DNA from: Leucoraja erinacea
Taxonomy: Eukaryota
Reading direction: 5' to 3'
Assembly: GCF_028641065.1 (NCBI RefSeq)
Contig: NC_073410.1
Span: forward strand, 4,278,001-4,342,000
DNA length: 64,000 nt
The notes under the pieces are model-generated. The model ran no database searches. It was not told the DNA's origin and saw only the letters and a list, made by a program, of their open reading frames with translations. Shown here one piece after another: positions 61,569 through 64,000 of this stretch (positions within the stretch are counted from its first letter, which is position 1; each line of letters begins with the position of its first letter). Position numbers and translations under genes: made by a program.

Positions 61569-63286
61569 AATCACCAAAGACCTCTTTACAAATGACCAAA
61601 AGTAAAACTTTGACTTGAAAGATTTACCTGCAAACATCATACACACAAAGGAATTGGATTGAATAGATTGTTCCTTAAGGAACCAGCATGGACTTGATGG
61701 GCCAAATGACCTACTTCTATGTTGTAACAATTCTACAACTCAACCTAATCACTACACATTACAAAAATAAGCATTTGCTATGGGGTCCAATCCAGCAAGT
61801 CAACAAAGGAACGGTAAGCTCACACACACGTTGATTTTAAGTTCAGAAATAAATTAAACTCAAACCTTTTACTGGTGCCCCCCCCCCCCCGTTGATAATT
61901 TGGCACTTAGTTGAGAAAAGCAAGAGATATCCAAAATGAAATGGTAATGCTGTGCGATGTTATTGTGGAAGAGATATTCTGAAATACATTGCCACAGCTA
62001 TGACAAGGGAGGAATCCACTGCGAACACCAGGAACTCGAACAATAGGAGTCAATACAGTTAATGGGATTACTGTTGACAATTCTTCCCACTGTTTCTAAA
62101 GGCCACAAAGAATAAACTAAATACTCTTATTTTCTTATAGCACTGATTTCATCAATCCATCATTTTGTGAAGAGCTTATTTGCAAGATAAAACGACGGCA
62201 TCAACAAAATCCATCAATGCCTCTGACTGCATTGTGGTAGCTCTACGAAGTGAAACATCTGCAGTTTTCGAAGCTTCTCTCTGGGTCCGTTTCCACGATG
62301 CATTTTGTGTCTGATGGCAGCACGGAGGTCAAACACCACATCTGGAAGCCTTCTCATCATCTCCTTCCATGGAAGCACTCAAGTGCAGGCTGTCAGTTAC
62401 ACCTGTTCTGACAGGTTTAACCTGCCTGACCCAAAGATACCCTCGGGGACATTAATTATAGGAAAGAGCATGAGATGTTGGAGAAACAGTGCCAGGCTGG
62501 ATGCTGCTCCAGTCCTTGTCACCTACTAATCATGGCGTGTGACACAGGGCTTTAGATGGTCAGGCTTCTCATTAATCATCTGGCCTTAAACTTAAACTGT
62601 TTTCCTGAAAGATTAAAGCTTTAGACCATTTCTGTCCAATCCACCTGGCATTTGGAATCTTGTAAGTTCCCTGCACTATAATTTAGATCCCCAGAGACTA
62701 GTAAAACCTATTCATTTACCATGGCCTTGGCTTAGAATAGTTTGCTGCACGCAAGGCACTTTGAAACTCTGCAAATAAAATTCTTCAAGGACTTCAAAGA
62801 AAGTGACTGATGGAATTGTTTGGGTTTGGTAACTGGCTTTGAAAGCAAACTGTTCAGTTTTATTTTGCACAGCAATTATGGAAAACAAGTTTAATATTTG
62901 CACTTAAAATCATGAAACGCAAATATTTCATCAGTAACAAAATCATCTGTCATCCTGTCAGGCAAACGGCAAAGCTTTCAGTCATCGAGTACAGACGAGT
63001 GCCCGCTAGAACTTGACCTACAACATGGGCCAAACAAGTTAAAACAGTGGCTTAAATCTTGCCAATGACTCGTTACCAGGTTACCAAACAAAAAGTTCTT
63101 GTTAACTGCGTCAGAACTGAGCCACAACAATGTCTGTCTCTGCACACAAAGAGCAGTGGAGGGCTACTTTTTACTGTTGGTTGTATTTATTTCTATTCAC
63201 AGATACTGTGTTGCTGGTCTGGACTGACAGTAGGTGGAAATGCTATCTTTCATTACAGAAAGTATAAATAGTGTAATCTATCAACA

Positions 63287-63319
63287 CTGTCAATCAAGAT
63301 GATTGATTATATGCTGTCA
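63287..63319. promoter_or_regulatory. Candidate PBX/MEIS/HOX site cluster
   Basis: TGATTGACAG (-, 63287-63296), TGATTGAT (+, 63300-63307) and TGACAG (-, 63314-63319) in unique sequence. Confidence 0.4.
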
Positions 63320-64000
63320 TGAACGAGAGTGACATATTAGAAAAGTTTTGTTAACAATGCCTATTGCTAGTCCTCCTGCCACAGAAGCTGGTGATTAATG
63401 TGTTGTCAGGCTGTAATCCCACACCCCTGGCTAATGAGGCAGGAATTTATCATCTTTACAGAGTGGCAGATGTCAGAAGGAAAGGAATCCAAGTGCTGGA
63501 AACAATATACTTTTTCTTACCACGTCTGACAAGTCTGACAGGCCCAAACCACAAAGAACCTTTGTGTAAGCACATACTCAATGAGGGACTTTCAACTTCG
63601 TCATTTTTTTTTTTTGTAGTGTACCGCAAAGAAGCAACTATTGCTCAAACAACACATAATAAGGAAGTACTGTGAACTGTGAACTCCCTTCTCCCAAATT
63701 CGGAAAGGGAAAAAAAAAATTACACAAAGCCACTTAGAAGGAATCATATGACCTGGATCTGTCAAGTAAGCAAATATCTTCAAAGGGTTTTGGGGTGGAA
63801 CAGAAAGTGCCAAAAGCAGGGCCTGAGAGGCATTGCTTGCAGATAGCGCTGCTCCCTATCAACAAGGCCCACAGGCAAAATGTGCCACAAACATTAACAA
63901 AGTAATTTAATATGAACAGTGCTGGCATTCCAGAGTTAAAGGTTCCTGTTTATGAGCAGCTGGAACTTTCCTGATCATGAACACTGAAAGATGAAGTTAC

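Overview
This is eukaryotic, AT-rich non-coding DNA. The repeat complement (HE1-type V-SINEs, HER1/CR1 LINEs, Penelope-like elements, Rex1/Babar, RTE, PIF/Harbinger MITEs) points to a cartilaginous fish, probably a skate or ray (inference). I could not recognise any host protein-coding exon. The recognisable ORFs in the track are retrotransposon fragments, and the rest look like chance frames. The window looks like a large intron or gene desert, with repeat-dense blocks alternating with repeat-poor blocks that carry developmental transcription-factor motifs. The main discovery is a ~137-bp retroposon present in four copies (2954+, 19538+, 23504-, 56738+). Its first 54 nt fold into a minimal HDV-like self-cleaving ribozyme whose L3 (UUCACGU), J1/4 (GU) and J4/2 (CGAA) match the mammalian CPEB3 ribozyme as I recall it, but with P4 reduced to 5 nt. 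All copies start at the predicted cleavage-site G1, three have target-site duplications (TSDs) abutting G1, and all end in a (GAA)n-like tail. A second ribozyme class is also present: minimal hammerhead cores in many short Penelope pLTR cassettes with 12-18 bp TSDs. A third candidate is a GC-rich non-coding element with a covarying hairpin and a Rex1-type tail. Coordinates were read by eye, and the ends of degenerate repeats are approximate (+/-10-20 bp).
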